Positions 39,197 through 49,191 of a stretch of 64,000 nucleotides of DNA are shown piece by piece. The translations under genes were made by a program, and so were the position numbers. Each line of letters starts with the position of its first letter. Position 1 is the stretch's first letter. The notes beneath the pieces are model-generated. The model made no database searches. It was not told where the DNA came from and worked only from the letters and a program-made list of their open reading frames with translations. The DNA is from an uncultured Candidatus Actinomarina sp. (GTDB lineage: Bacteria; Actinomycetota; Acidimicrobiia; Actinomarinales; Actinomarinaceae), in assembly GCA_902510965.1 (NCBI GenBank), contig CABXDM010000001.1, forward strand, positions 1,180 to 65,179, written 5' to 3'.

Positions 39197-40030
39197 ATGA
39201 AAAATGTATTTAAAAGGTGTTTGAAGTTAATCGCTCTTTTCGATAGCTCAAACACATTCAATCTCGATAGTAATTATATAAAAGACAATATACCCGAGTA
39301 TCGTAATTTAAATGACGCAGCATATAAAAGATCTTTTGAAAGAGATAAAGCACTCCTTAAAGAGGTCGGGTTTAATTTAGAATATGAAAATGATAAATGG
39401 AGTGTTGAGGATGGTTACAAGCTTAAAGGAACAAATATAATTTTAGACTTACAAAGTAAATCTGGATTCGACATTGAAAGGTTTATCAACACATACTCTG
39501 TTATTAAAAAATATTTATCACCATATTTACAACTCAATAAAGATTTAAAAGTAATACCAATAATCAATACAGCCATAAAGGAGAGGAGAAGAGTTTCATT
39601 TATTTACAATGATAAAATTAGAAAAGTATATCCTTTAGGCCTGAGGTTCCATGCTGGAATATGGTACTTGGGAGCAGATGATGGAAATATTATTAAAACA
39701 TTTAAAATAAACACTATAGAAAATCTAAAAATAGGCAACAAAGAGAATCTTCATACTAAAAATATTTCAGAATTTAACTTTTCCTGGGAAAACGTGTCAA
39801 GTTTTATTACCGTCGAGATAATTTCAGATAACGACTTGCATAGAGTGCACAGTAGGATTTTCAATTTTACTGAGGTATCTTCTAAAGAAGATGGCGAAAA
39901 TATTACCTTAAAATTAAAAACGAATGATCATCATGGATTAATCAAGTATTTACTGTTGGTTGACCCAAAATTATTAAATATAAATAAGCAAGACAAAGAG
40001 GCACTAAAGAAAGCTGTACATGGAATTTAA
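39197..40030 (+). CDS. pafB: PafB-like WYL-domain transcriptional regulator
   Basis: wHTH-like N-terminus (..YKRSFERDKALLKEVGFNLEYE..GYKL) and a WYL domain (RRVSFIYNDKIRKVYPLGLRFHAGIWYLGADDG). Followed by a pafC-like gene and tatA-tatC-helY. Confidence 0.7.
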   Translation: MKNVFKRCLKLIALFDSSNTFNLDSNYIKDNIPEYRNLNDAAYKRSFERDKALLKEVGFNLEYENDKWSVEDGYKLKGTNIILDLQSKSGFDIERFINTYSVIKKYLSPYLQLNKDLKVIPIINTAIKERRRVSFIYNDKIRKVYPLGLRFHAGIWYLGADDGNIIKTFKINTIENLKIGNKENLHTKNISEFNFSWENVSSFITVEIISDNDLHRVHSRIFNFTEVSSKEDGENITLKLKTNDHHGLIKYLLLVDPKLLNINKQDKEALKKAVHGI

Positions 40031-40841
40031 AATAAATCTAGGAAACATAATTCACATTCTTTCACTTATTAAAAAGGAAAGATCGTTTGATTTAGAAGAC
40101 TTAGCAGAAAATGTTAATCTAAGTTCAGATAAACTGTTGTATTCATTAACAATCTTATCGGAGGTATACTCTTCAGATGGCGACAGCTTTATAAACTTTG
40201 AAGTAAATTTGGAAAAAAATCTCATTACGTTCGAGTTCAATGAATCTCTACTAAATATCCCTACAATTACTGATTTAGACTTATTTAAAATATATACACT
40301 TCTAAATAACCCTAAGGTAAATGTTGAAAAACTATTTGATAATAAGTCAGATCTTATTTACTTATATGACACACTAAATAATTACTTTAAATCTCACCAA
40401 AGTGCAGAAAGTAGTGTCAAACTTGACTTTAATAGAATGTTTGTATCCGATGAGCTCTACATAGAATACATTAAACTAGGGCACAATATTTCAAATATCT
40501 ATAAAATCAAACCATTATCTTTCAATATTACAAATGATGGAGATGTGCTTGAAGCATATGACTATGAAGACGACAAAATAAAAAGTTTTCTAATAGATAG
40601 AATTGTTAACATTCCAGAGGAGAAAAATCTTAAAGAAAGGTTTTCAAAAAATGATAATGAGATTTCAGTCACCTATCAAGACCTAGCATTAAAAAGCCAT
40701 CAACAGCATTTCCGTTCAGAAGAAGTAGCTGTAGAGCATTTCCTAAAGAATATAGATTCACAAAATGTTATTGCCCCAAACTCCGTTAGAGTTGAAATTG
40801 AAAAAAGAAAAAATAAATTGATTAGTGAGTTTTTATCATGA
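40020..40841 (+). CDS. pafC: PafC-like WYL-domain protein
   Basis: Second paralogous wHTH/WYL-like ORF (..IYKIKPLSFNITNDGDVLEAYDYEDDKIKSFLIDRI). 11-nt overlap with pafB; synteny fits. Confidence 0.6.
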   Translation: MEFKINLGNIIHILSLIKKERSFDLEDLAENVNLSSDKLLYSLTILSEVYSSDGDSFINFEVNLEKNLITFEFNESLLNIPTITDLDLFKIYTLLNNPKVNVEKLFDNKSDLIYLYDTLNNYFKSHQSAESSVKLDFNRMFVSDELYIEYIKLGHNISNIYKIKPLSFNITNDGDVLEAYDYEDDKIKSFLIDRIVNIPEEKNLKERFSKNDNEISVTYQDLALKSHQQHFRSEEVAVEHFLKNIDSQNVIAPNSVRVEIEKRKNKLISEFLS

Positions 40842-41017
40842 GCATTATTGAATTACTAGTTATAGTCTTAATCTCTCTTGGTATATTTGATAAAAGCAAA
40901 ATTTTATATTACTTTAATAAAATCTCTAAATTCCAAAATGGGCAAAGTCGCCAAATAATTGGAGATAATTCAATTGATGAAAATTGGATCTGGTTAGATG
41001 AAAATGAGGAGGAGTAA
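40838..41017 (+). CDS. tatA: Twin-arginine translocase TatA/E-like protein (divergent, 59 aa)
   Basis: Hand-translated as MSIIELLVIVLISLGIFDKSKILYYFNKISKFQNGQ.... One N-terminal TM, a hinge and an amphipathic helix. ATGA overlap with pafC and directly upstream of tatC. Not in the ORF track. Confidence 0.55.
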   Translation: MSIIELLVIVLISLGIFDKSKILYYFNKISKFQNGQSRQIIGDNSIDENWIWLDENEEE

Positions 41018-41018
41018 T

Positions 41019-41720
41019 ATGAAAAAACCCTTCATGGATCATCTTCAAGAGTTAAATAACAGAATATTATTTTCTTTTACTTTAGTTGGGATCGTTGCAA
41101 TATTTGTATATAACCAATATTCCTTTTTTGGTGATATTTTATTAGAACCTCTTATAAATGCTGGATATGATGACTCTAATATTTTCGCATTAACGATCTA
41201 CGAAGGTTTTCAAGTAAAGCTACAGAATACTTTTTGGATATCCATAATTATTACATTTCCATTAATACTTTTAATATTAGGTTATTTCGTAAAACCAGCT
41301 TTAGAGATAAGAACAGTAAGCTTTACGTTATATTTCATCTTCTTTACCCTCTTATTTTATTCGGGTATATTTTCTTCACTAAGTATTGCTCATGTCGGTA
41401 TTGAGTTCCTCCTTTCATTTAATGAGAATGAAATAATTCTAAGATCGCAAAACTATTTTCAATTCATTACAAGAATTTCTTTGTTATTTGGAGTTTCATT
41501 TCAGTTACCATTAATCATGCTTTTTCTCCTTAACAAAGGAATAATAAAGGTAAAGAGCCTAACCAATAAACGGGCTGAAATGTTTATAGTTATACTTATT
41601 TTTTCTGCAGTAATAACACCAACGGGTGATCCTATTTCACTTTTCATATTCACACTGCCAATGTATTTACTCATAGAAATAATGATTTTTATTCATAAAA
41701 AAAGTAATCGTGGATTTTAA
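41019..41720 (+). CDS. tatC: Twin-arginine translocase subunit TatC
   Basis: N-terminus MDHLQELNNRI (HL.ELR.R), 6 TM. ATG 41019 is preceded by GAGGAGG; the track ORF starts at 40998. Confidence 0.85.
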   Translation: MKKPFMDHLQELNNRILFSFTLVGIVAIFVYNQYSFFGDILLEPLINAGYDDSNIFALTIYEGFQVKLQNTFWISIIITFPLILLILGYFVKPALEIRTVSFTLYFIFFTLLFYSGIFSSLSIAHVGIEFLLSFNENEIILRSQNYFQFITRISLLFGVSFQLPLIMLFLLNKGIIKVKSLTNKRAEMFIVILIFSAVITPTGDPISLFIFTLPMYLLIEIMIFIHKKSNRGF

Positions 41721-43581
41721 TTTAGATAAATTTCAGGTTGAGGCAATTGACTCCATCAACAAGGATTTTAATGTTTTAGTCGTTGCACCTACGGGATCAG
41801 GAAAAACCTTTATAGCCGAAAAAGCTATTGAGAAATATACTAACCAGAACCAAAATGTAATTTATACGACACCTATTAAAGCATTATCGAATCAAAAATA
41901 CAATGATTTCACAAATTTGAATATTGATACTGGATTGCTCACAGGAGACAGGACCATCAGCCCAGATTCAAATTTAATTGTTGCCACTACTGAAATATTA
42001 AGAAATATGATTTATTCAGATGACAAAAGATTAAAAAAAATTGGCCTCATAGTCCTTGATGAAGTTCACTATCTTTCTGATTCCGAACGAGGCACAACGT
42101 GGGAAGAAATAATTATCCATGCCCCTAAAAACATCAAGTTTCTTTTTCTGTCAGCCACTATTAGAAATAAAGAAGAATTCCATAACTGGATAGTTTCATT
42201 AAGAGGAAAAACATCATTGGTGTACTCTAATATAAGGCCCGTCCCACTAGAAATATCTTTAGTCGGCTTAAACCCTCACAGTGACCAATTAAAAATAATT
42301 AAATCTTCTAAGGATAAACGTAATAATAAAATCTTTAAATTTGAAAAGCAATATAGAAAGTACAAGAGACCTCATCTAGGTTTTCAACTTGACTACCTCG
42401 AAAGCAAAAACCTTACACCTTCCATATTTTTTTATTTTTCAAGAGATAGAGTTGAAACTAAGGCAAGACAGGCAGCGACAAATAGAAAGAAAATTAAAAA
42501 AGCAAATGAGATTAAAGAGGTATTCAATGATGTTTTTAGTTCTCTAGATTCAACTCAATATGATCTTTTAAATTTGGATGAACTGCTGTGGATGTGGGTA
42601 AGAGGAATCGGATATCATCATGCTGGGCTTGCGCCTATTGTAAAAGAATTTATTGAGTTTTTATTTCTAAACAGATATATAAAATATTTATTTGCTACAG
42701 AAACACTGTCACTTGGTCTCAACCTACCTGCCAAATCTATTGTTATTGACAGACTCTACAAATACGATGGAATAAAAACACGTTTAATCAATCAATCAGA
42801 ATTTCTTCAATTGACTGGGAGAGCAGGAAGGAGAGGGATTGACACAAAGGGATTTGCATTTATAAATTATGACAGAAATATTGAAAACTTTTGGTATAAC
42901 AACTTGTTTACCCTCAAATCAAGCAATTTAAATTCTGCATATTCGGTATCGTATTCTTCAATATTAAATATGTTAAGCAAATACTCACTAAAGGAAGCCA
43001 TAGAACTTCTTGAAAAAAGCTTCTTTTCTTATCAAAATAACTTCAATATCAAAAAGCTTCAAAATACATTTACATCCAAGCTCGAAGTACTTGAGTTATT
43101 GAATTTTAAGAATGACAATAACAAATCTCTCGTTTTAACCGAAACCTATAGGGATACTCTAATCGTAGGACTTGAATTACTAGAAAGTGATTTTGATAAA
43201 GATATGAATTTCTACTTGATGCTTGTTTGCTCTGGCTTATCCACTACTAGACATGATTTGTCCCTTAATGAATTGTATGTGGATACATTCATTAAATTTC
43301 AAATTATGGAGGAAAAGATTAATAAGATGGAATCATTTGCAGGGGTCAAAAAAATAACCTCAATTGAAATTGGTTGGTTCAGTATTTTTAACGAATATTT
43401 GCAATCTGAAGACGTTGAATCAGTATTATCTAAATTCAATATCAGTATCGGTGATTTTATTCGTGCTGGTAAGGAAGCTTCTGAACTCTCAACTAAACTC
43501 TTTAATATATATGGTATTAAGGAATTTAAGATGATTACTGATATTTTTAATGATGAGTTAATCCAGAAATCTATGCGATGA
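41710..43581 (+). CDS. helY: Ski2-like DEAD/DEAH-box helicase (HelY-like, short form)
   Basis: Motifs APTGSGKT, LDEVHY, SAT and LTGRAGRRG. Position after tatC fits. GTG start. Confidence 0.8.
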   Translation: MDFNLDKFQVEAIDSINKDFNVLVVAPTGSGKTFIAEKAIEKYTNQNQNVIYTTPIKALSNQKYNDFTNLNIDTGLLTGDRTISPDSNLIVATTEILRNMIYSDDKRLKKIGLIVLDEVHYLSDSERGTTWEEIIIHAPKNIKFLFLSATIRNKEEFHNWIVSLRGKTSLVYSNIRPVPLEISLVGLNPHSDQLKIIKSSKDKRNNKIFKFEKQYRKYKRPHLGFQLDYLESKNLTPSIFFYFSRDRVETKARQAATNRKKIKKANEIKEVFNDVFSSLDSTQYDLLNLDELLWMWVRGIGYHHAGLAPIVKEFIEFLFLNRYIKYLFATETLSLGLNLPAKSIVIDRLYKYDGIKTRLINQSEFLQLTGRAGRRGIDTKGFAFINYDRNIENFWYNNLFTLKSSNLNSAYSVSYSSILNMLSKYSLKEAIELLEKSFFSYQNNFNIKKLQNTFTSKLEVLELLNFKNDNNKSLVLTETYRDTLIVGLELLESDFDKDMNFYLMLVCSGLSTTRHDLSLNELYVDTFIKFQIMEEKINKMESFAGVKKITSIEIGWFSIFNEYLQSEDVESVLSKFNISIGDFIRAGKEASELSTKLFNIYGIKEFKMITDIFNDELIQKSMR

Positions 43582-44453
43582 AAGAATATATTGTAGTTTA
43601 TAACCTAAATTCTAGAGGTAAAAAATTAACCGAAAGCTACTTAACTACACTTTTTGAGAAGCATAACTTGAAATCCAAAATCTTTATGACTTCTGATGTT
43701 TCAGAAGTTGATCAAATAATAGAACAGCATAAGGACAGTACAAAATATAATTATTGTGCAATTGGGGGAGATGGCACAATTAATTCTTTGATAGATTGTC
43801 TTCTAAGAAAAGGTCTAGACCGTCCTATTGTTGGATGTCTTCCATCAGGTAGCGGTTCAGATTTTTTAAGAACTTTTGCAATCCCTCAAAATATAGAAAC
43901 TGCAATAGAACACCTCAAAGGAGATTCCACCTACCTTATTGACACAGCAATTGTGTCCACTTCCGAAAAAGAAAGATATTTTGTTAATATTTTAAATTTT
44001 GGTTTTCTTGCAGATACAGTTGAAATGAGTGAAAAATTACCAAAGATTTTTAGAAGATTTAGATATCCGATTAGCTTCTGGCTAAAGCTACTTCCTGCTA
44101 GGTCTGGAATGATGTCTATTAAAACACACAACTACGAATTTAACTCTGATGCCTTTGTTATCACTGTATGTAATGGTCAGTTTTTTGGAGGTGGTTGGAA
44201 TATATCACCCAAATCCAGCCTTCAAGATGGCCTACTTAATATTCAAATCTTTAAAGTAACAAAAAGGAAAGCTATGAAATTATTTTTTTTAGCAAAGAAG
44301 GGCCTACATTTAACAGAACCAGATGTTCTTTTAAAAAGAAGTGGAGAGATACAGCTTTTATCACGTCAATCAATAGAAATTGATGGTGATTATTTCGATA
44401 AGGGTCCAGCCGAGATATTTGTTAAAAAAGCTTCCATACAGCTAAAAATTTAG
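43578..44453 (+). CDS. Diacylglycerol/lipid kinase family protein (DAGK_cat)
   Basis: Motifs AIGGDGTINS and GSGSDFLRTF. 291 aa. Confidence 0.85.
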   Translation: MKEYIVVYNLNSRGKKLTESYLTTLFEKHNLKSKIFMTSDVSEVDQIIEQHKDSTKYNYCAIGGDGTINSLIDCLLRKGLDRPIVGCLPSGSGSDFLRTFAIPQNIETAIEHLKGDSTYLIDTAIVSTSEKERYFVNILNFGFLADTVEMSEKLPKIFRRFRYPISFWLKLLPARSGMMSIKTHNYEFNSDAFVITVCNGQFFGGGWNISPKSSLQDGLLNIQIFKVTKRKAMKLFFLAKKGLHLTEPDVLLKRSGEIQLLSRQSIEIDGDYFDKGPAEIFVKKASIQLKI

Positions 44454-44483
44454 TATTATTTTAAAAGCACTTTAAGGAGAAGC

Positions 44484-44846
44484 ATGTCAGAAAAAGATGT
44501 AGACGAAATTAAAGAACCTAATTTAGAAGATCTTGATGAAGATGACTTAGAAGATTCAGAAACTCCTTCTGATGAAGAAGAGGAAAAAGAGGAAGTTGAA
44601 ACTGAATCTTTAGAAGCTCGTGTTGAAAATGAAAAGAAAACAGTAGAAGAACCTGATGATGCGGAGGGCTCTTTTATGAGTGTTGATGCAGCTGAAAAAA
44701 GAAATGTTAAAAAATCTGATTTGAAGCTAGATGAAGCTGCTGCAGACAAAGAAGATGATGAATTTACTTGTTCTGTCTGTTTCTTAGTTCTCAAGAATAC
44801 TCAACTTGCTAAACCAAGATCAAAAGTGTGTGCAGATTGTGCATGA
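44484..44846 (+). CDS. DUF4193-like acidic protein with C-terminal zinc ribbon
   Basis: Highly acidic N-terminal two thirds, then DDEFTCSVCFLVLKNTQLA...VCADCA, which is typical of this actinobacterial family. Confidence 0.7.
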   Translation: MSEKDVDEIKEPNLEDLDEDDLEDSETPSDEEEEKEEVETESLEARVENEKKTVEEPDDAEGSFMSVDAAEKRNVKKSDLKLDEAAADKEDDEFTCSVCFLVLKNTQLAKPRSKVCADCA

Positions 44847-45282
44847 GTTTGATGATTTAAATTATAAATTTTCAATAAAAAAAAGTAGTTCAAAGCCACA
44901 AATCCTTCATAACGAGTTTATTGCTGAAATGTCCACCATCGACAATATTTTAATAAACCACTACAAAGAGTTAGAATTCTCAAAAATTAATTACTTTATA
45001 CTTTCTCAAGGTGATATAGAAATTGGTTATGGTAGCGCAACTGAAGAAAATGGTTTTATGACAATTTATGAACTATTTGTGTCACCAAAATATAGAGAGC
45101 TTGGTTTTGGTACAAGGATATTTAATGAAATTAGAAAATATACTAAGTCATTAGATCTTAAAATAAGGTCAGTCACTCTACCTAGTGACAGAACAGGAAA
45201 AAACTTTTATGAAAGTAACTTAATAACTGCGCGTGCCTTAATAATGGAGGAAAAGCGTGAAAACTCTCGCTACAGACCTTGA
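44806..45282 (+). CDS. GNAT family N-acetyltransferase
   Basis: Acetyl-CoA motif A: LFVSPKYRELGFGTRIFNEI. Start is uncertain: ATG 44806 or GTG 44839, both overlapping the upstream gene. Confidence 0.7.
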   Translation: MLNQDQKCVQIVHEFDDLNYKFSIKKSSSKPQILHNEFIAEMSTIDNILINHYKELEFSKINYFILSQGDIEIGYGSATEENGFMTIYELFVSPKYRELGFGTRIFNEIRKYTKSLDLKIRSVTLPSDRTGKNFYESNLITARALIMEEKRENSRYRP

Positions 45283-46006
45283 CGGAACACTGTATCTTGA
45301 TGATGTACTCATAAAGGGTGTTGAATCTGCTTACAAATCTCTAATACTTGAAAAGTATAAAATATATCATACAACTAACAACAGCTCTCAATCAACTGAT
45401 GTGTTAGCTAAAAAATTAAGTAACTTATTGAATACCGATATTGAGATATCTTCAATAGTTACTCCGCTTGTAGTTTTAAAAGAATATTTAAGTAACAAGA
45501 AACTATCTATCTTTGTTTATGGATCCAAGGATGTAAAAGATTTTGTTAGCAGTATTTCAAATACTGTTACAAAATTAGAGGACAGCAATTTTATTATAAT
45601 GGGTAGAGTCGAATCACCATCTGAAAGTGAACTCGATTTAATTGCAGAATCAATTAAATCTGGAAAAGAGGGTGCGACATTGAATAAAGATCTTACATAT
45701 CCAATAAGTGAATCAGAGTTTAAACCTGGAAATGGACTAATTGCAAAATATATTGAATCGAAATCACAAAAAGAACTTCAATCATTTGGAAAAGAAGGTG
45801 AGTTGTACAGTCAGTATTTTCTAAATAAGAATATTGAAGTTGATTATGTGATTGGTGATAGGGTAGACACAGATATTATGTTTGGTAACAAGCTTGGCGC
45901 AACTTCAATATTAGTGGAATCTAGCATTGATAATTTTATGAGTGAAGATTTTGCAGATAGTAAATTTACAGATTTTCCTACTTTTGTATCATCTATTATT
46001 AATTAA
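45257..46006 (+). CDS. HAD-superfamily subfamily IIA hydrolase
   Basis: Motif I ATDLDGTLY and motif IV GDRVDTDI. GTG start. Confidence 0.8.
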   Translation: MKTLATDLDGTLYLDDVLIKGVESAYKSLILEKYKIYHTTNNSSQSTDVLAKKLSNLLNTDIEISSIVTPLVVLKEYLSNKKLSIFVYGSKDVKDFVSSISNTVTKLEDSNFIIMGRVESPSESELDLIAESIKSGKEGATLNKDLTYPISESEFKPGNGLIAKYIESKSQKELQSFGKEGELYSQYFLNKNIEVDYVIGDRVDTDIMFGNKLGATSILVESSIDNFMSEDFADSKFTDFPTFVSSIIN

Positions 46007-46684
46007 TCTCATTGTGAGATAGCCAACAAAAAATCCACCAATATGCGCTTCCCAGGATATATTATTATTTTGTAGAGATATTAATACTTGTGAAGCAAAC
46101 CAAAATGCCATGAAATATTTAGCTTTTATAGTTGTCGGAAATATAATACCGAAAGGAACTAAAACTAAAAGTTTTGCATTTGGAAATCTGTACAAATATG
46201 CACCCATTAAAGCAGAGACAATTCCTGATGCTCCAACTATTGGATTCAAATCTGAGTAATTCAAAAAAATATGAGTACCGATACTACCTCCAGCGGCAAC
46301 CATTAAAAATATAATAAATTTTAAATTTCCTAGCTTATCCTCAATATTGTTACCAAATATCCAGAAGCTCCAAAGGTTGCCAACAAGATGAATTAAGTTA
46401 GCATGAAGAAAATTTGCAGTTATAAGACTTAGCATTAAGTTTTTATTAGCAAATATAACATTATCAATAGTTACCATGCAGTCGTTTGAGTAAAATTGAT
46501 TAGCACTTAATGGTACACCTTTTTGAATTTCACAAGGGATTGCCGAAAATTCATAAAAAAAGTTGAATAGATCTGTACTATTTTTTGGTTGCAACAGTAT
46601 ATATACAGCAATGGTAAAAAATATAAAAAACCTTGTTATATATGGAGTGTTCTGAGCAGGGTTTATATCTGATATAGGTATCAT
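45989..46684 (-). CDS. Rhomboid family intramembrane serine protease
   Basis: Motifs HANLIHLVGNLWSFWIFG, GASGIVSALMGAY (GxSG) and AHIGGF. Confidence 0.88.
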   Translation of the reverse strand: MIPISDINPAQNTPYITRFFIFFTIAVYILLQPKNSTDLFNFFYEFSAIPCEIQKGVPLSANQFYSNDCMVTIDNVIFANKNLMLSLITANFLHANLIHLVGNLWSFWIFGNNIEDKLGNLKFIIFLMVAAGGSIGTHIFLNYSDLNPIVGASGIVSALMGAYLYRFPNAKLLVLVPFGIIFPTTIKAKYFMAFWFASQVLISLQNNNISWEAHIGGFFVGYLTMRLINNR

Positions 46685-46720
46685 GTTGTACTGACTCCAA
46701 GTTGCGTATAATATATCCTA

Positions 46721-47521
46721 GTGAAGAATATATTAATTATTTCATCAAAGAAATATACCAAATTAAAAAATTATACAGATTTTGTTAGTTTGATAAAATC
46801 AAGAAAATTAGAATTCCATGTTTCATTTGTTGAAGATGTAGAACAATATGATAATTATTTAAACAAAGATACACTTGTTGTCAGTTTTGGCGGAGATGGT
46901 ACTGCACTTAAGGCTATGAAAATATCTTGGACCTATAATTTATTATTCATGCCCTTAGGAACTGGACGAGTTGGATATCTTGTAAACAAATCTGAAGATA
47001 TAGAGCAAATACTTGACGAGTGGATTGAAGGCAAGAGCCACATCAACAATAGGAAAGCAATAATACAAGATAATAATTTAAAATCCCCGGCATTTAATGA
47101 AATCGTATTAATTAAAAATTCTCCAACAAGAATTCTTGATATTGTATTTAAAACTCATGACCAAACAGTAAAACTAAGAGCTGACGGAATTATTATTTCA
47201 ACATCTTTAGGCTCAACAGCATATAATTATTCAGCAGGTGGACCAATTGTACAAAATAGTCTTAATTCAATTATCATTACACCTATCTCACCATTTTCTA
47301 AATTTCCCAGGTCAATTGTTTTAGATCAAAAGTCAAAAATTCAGATTGAAATCAAAAAAAAGCAAAATTATGCAATTCAATTTGATGGTGTTGTTGAGTC
47401 GGAAGTAGAAAGCGATAAAGATAACAAACTTGACTATACGTTATCAGAAAAGTCTTTACACATAATAGGAACAGATAATTCTCCCAGATTAGATTTATTT
47501 CTAAATCAAATTCTTAGATAA
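46721..47521 (+). CDS. nadK: NAD(+) kinase
   Basis: Motifs GGDGT, FNEIV and ISTSLGSTAYNYSAGGPI. GTG start. Confidence 0.88.
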   Translation: MKNILIISSKKYTKLKNYTDFVSLIKSRKLEFHVSFVEDVEQYDNYLNKDTLVVSFGGDGTALKAMKISWTYNLLFMPLGTGRVGYLVNKSEDIEQILDEWIEGKSHINNRKAIIQDNNLKSPAFNEIVLIKNSPTRILDIVFKTHDQTVKLRADGIIISTSLGSTAYNYSAGGPIVQNSLNSIIITPISPFSKFPRSIVLDQKSKIQIEIKKKQNYAIQFDGVVESEVESDKDNKLDYTLSEKSLHIIGTDNSPRLDLFLNQILR

Positions 47522-47558
47522 TCCTTTTAATAAGGATTTATCATGCTAAAATTTTCGA

Positions 47559-49184
47559 GTGACCAAATACATATTTGTAACTGGTGGTGTAGTCTCTGGT
47601 CTTGGTAAAGGGATTACCTCTGCATCCCTTGGTAACCTTCTAAAATCACGTGGACTTACAATTGTTAATCAAAAACTTGATCCATATATCAATGTTGATC
47701 CAGATACCATGAATCCTTTTCAACATGGTGAAGTATTTGTAACTGAGGACGGCGCAACGACTGATCTAGATCTTGGTCACTACGAACGGTTTACTGGGGT
47801 GAATCTACGAAAAGATGCAAATGTGACTACTGGAAGCATTTACAGAAAAGTAATAGAAAGAGAACGTAAAGGTGACTACCTAGGAGCAACGGTTCAAGTT
47901 ATTCCTCATATCACGGATGAAATAAAGAGAAGAATTAAAGGTATCTCAAATGATGTAGATGTCCAGATTACAGAAATAGGAGGTACTGTTGGTGATATAG
48001 AGATACTTCCATTTCTAGAAGCTGCTAGGCAAATGCGTAAAGAACTTGGTCAAGAAAATGTTATGTTTATACACGTGACTTTGGTTCCTTTTATTGGACC
48101 AAGTACAGAACTGAAAACAAAACCTACTCAACACTCAGTCTCAATGTTACGAGGGTATGGAATTAGTCCAGACATAATTGTTCTTCGTTCAGATAGAAAA
48201 CTAGATGAAGATATCAAAAACAAAGTTTCACTATTTTGTGATGTAAGTTATGAGAATGTAATTAATGCTCCAGATCTTGATGACATCTATGACGTACCTC
48301 TTAAAATGCACTCCGAGGGTTTAGATGTAGCAGTTAATAAAAGGTTAAACCTCAACACAGAAGAGCCGGAGTTGAATGAATGGAAAAACATGCTTTCTCT
48401 TAAAAAAGAATCGACTAAAGATGTTAAGATCGCAATCCTTGGTAAATATTTTGGCTTACCAGATAGCTACATGTCTGTTGTTGAATCATTAAAACATGCA
48501 TGTCTTCAAAATAAAGTTAATTTAGACCTTCAGTGGATTGATGCTGACAATTATGATGCTGAAGACATTTCTAACCTTGATGGGGTTGTAGTTCCAGGTG
48601 GTTTTGGAGTGAGGGGGATCGAAGGTAAAATTTCAGCCATACAGTATGTAAGAGAGAATAAAATTCCATTTCTTGGGATTTGTCTTGGATTACAGTGTGC
48701 CGTTATAGAGTATGCAAGAAATGTATGTGGAATTAATGAAGCTAATTCTTCTGAATTTTCACAAAATACAAAAGATTTTGTTATTGATCTTTTACCGAAT
48801 CAAGACCTAGACAAAGATGATGTTGGTGCATCTATGAGATTAGGAACTTATCCTTGTAAAATTACTAAAAATAGTATTACTTCTGAAATATATAAAGATG
48901 AAGTTATATACGAGCGTCATAGACATAGATATGAAGTGAATAACAAATACAGAGAAGTTTTAGAGAAAAACGGCTTAATTTTCAGTGGCTTGTCTCCAGA
49001 TAATAACTTAGTAGAAATGATTGAATTAAAAGACCATCCTTTCTTCGTTGCCTCTCAATTTCATCCTGAGTTCAAGTCTCGTCCTTGGGAACCGGCTCCA
49101 ATGTTTGATAAATTCATACAAAGCGCAGCTTTTTCTCAAAATACTGAGAAAGTAACTCCAACAAAAACGAAAGTAAAAGATTAA
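47559..49184 (+). CDS. pyrG: CTP synthase
   Basis: Motifs [17 protein letters not shown], the GATase Cys in FLGICLGLQ, and QFHPEF. GTG start. Confidence 0.97.
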   Translation: MTKYIFVTGGVVSGLGKGITSASLGNLLKSRGLTIVNQKLDPYINVDPDTMNPFQHGEVFVTEDGATTDLDLGHYERFTGVNLRKDANVTTGSIYRKVIERERKGDYLGATVQVIPHITDEIKRRIKGISNDVDVQITEIGGTVGDIEILPFLEAARQMRKELGQENVMFIHVTLVPFIGPSTELKTKPTQHSVSMLRGYGISPDIIVLRSDRKLDEDIKNKVSLFCDVSYENVINAPDLDDIYDVPLKMHSEGLDVAVNKRLNLNTEEPELNEWKNMLSLKKESTKDVKIAILGKYFGLPDSYMSVVESLKHACLQNKVNLDLQWIDADNYDAEDISNLDGVVVPGGFGVRGIEGKISAIQYVRENKIPFLGICLGLQCAVIEYARNVCGINEANSSEFSQNTKDFVIDLLPNQDLDKDDVGASMRLGTYPCKITKNSITSEIYKDEVIYERHRHRYEVNNKYREVLEKNGLIFSGLSPDNNLVEMIELKDHPFFVASQFHPEFKSRPWEPAPMFDKFIQSAAFSQNTEKVTPTKTKVKD

Positions 49185-49191
49185 TAATTCT

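Noticed and set aside
44456-44794. 112-aa Ser-rich minus-strand ORF
   Set aside because: It is the antisense mirror of the GAA/GAT-rich acidic region of the DUF4193-like gene. It is low-complexity and has no independent support.
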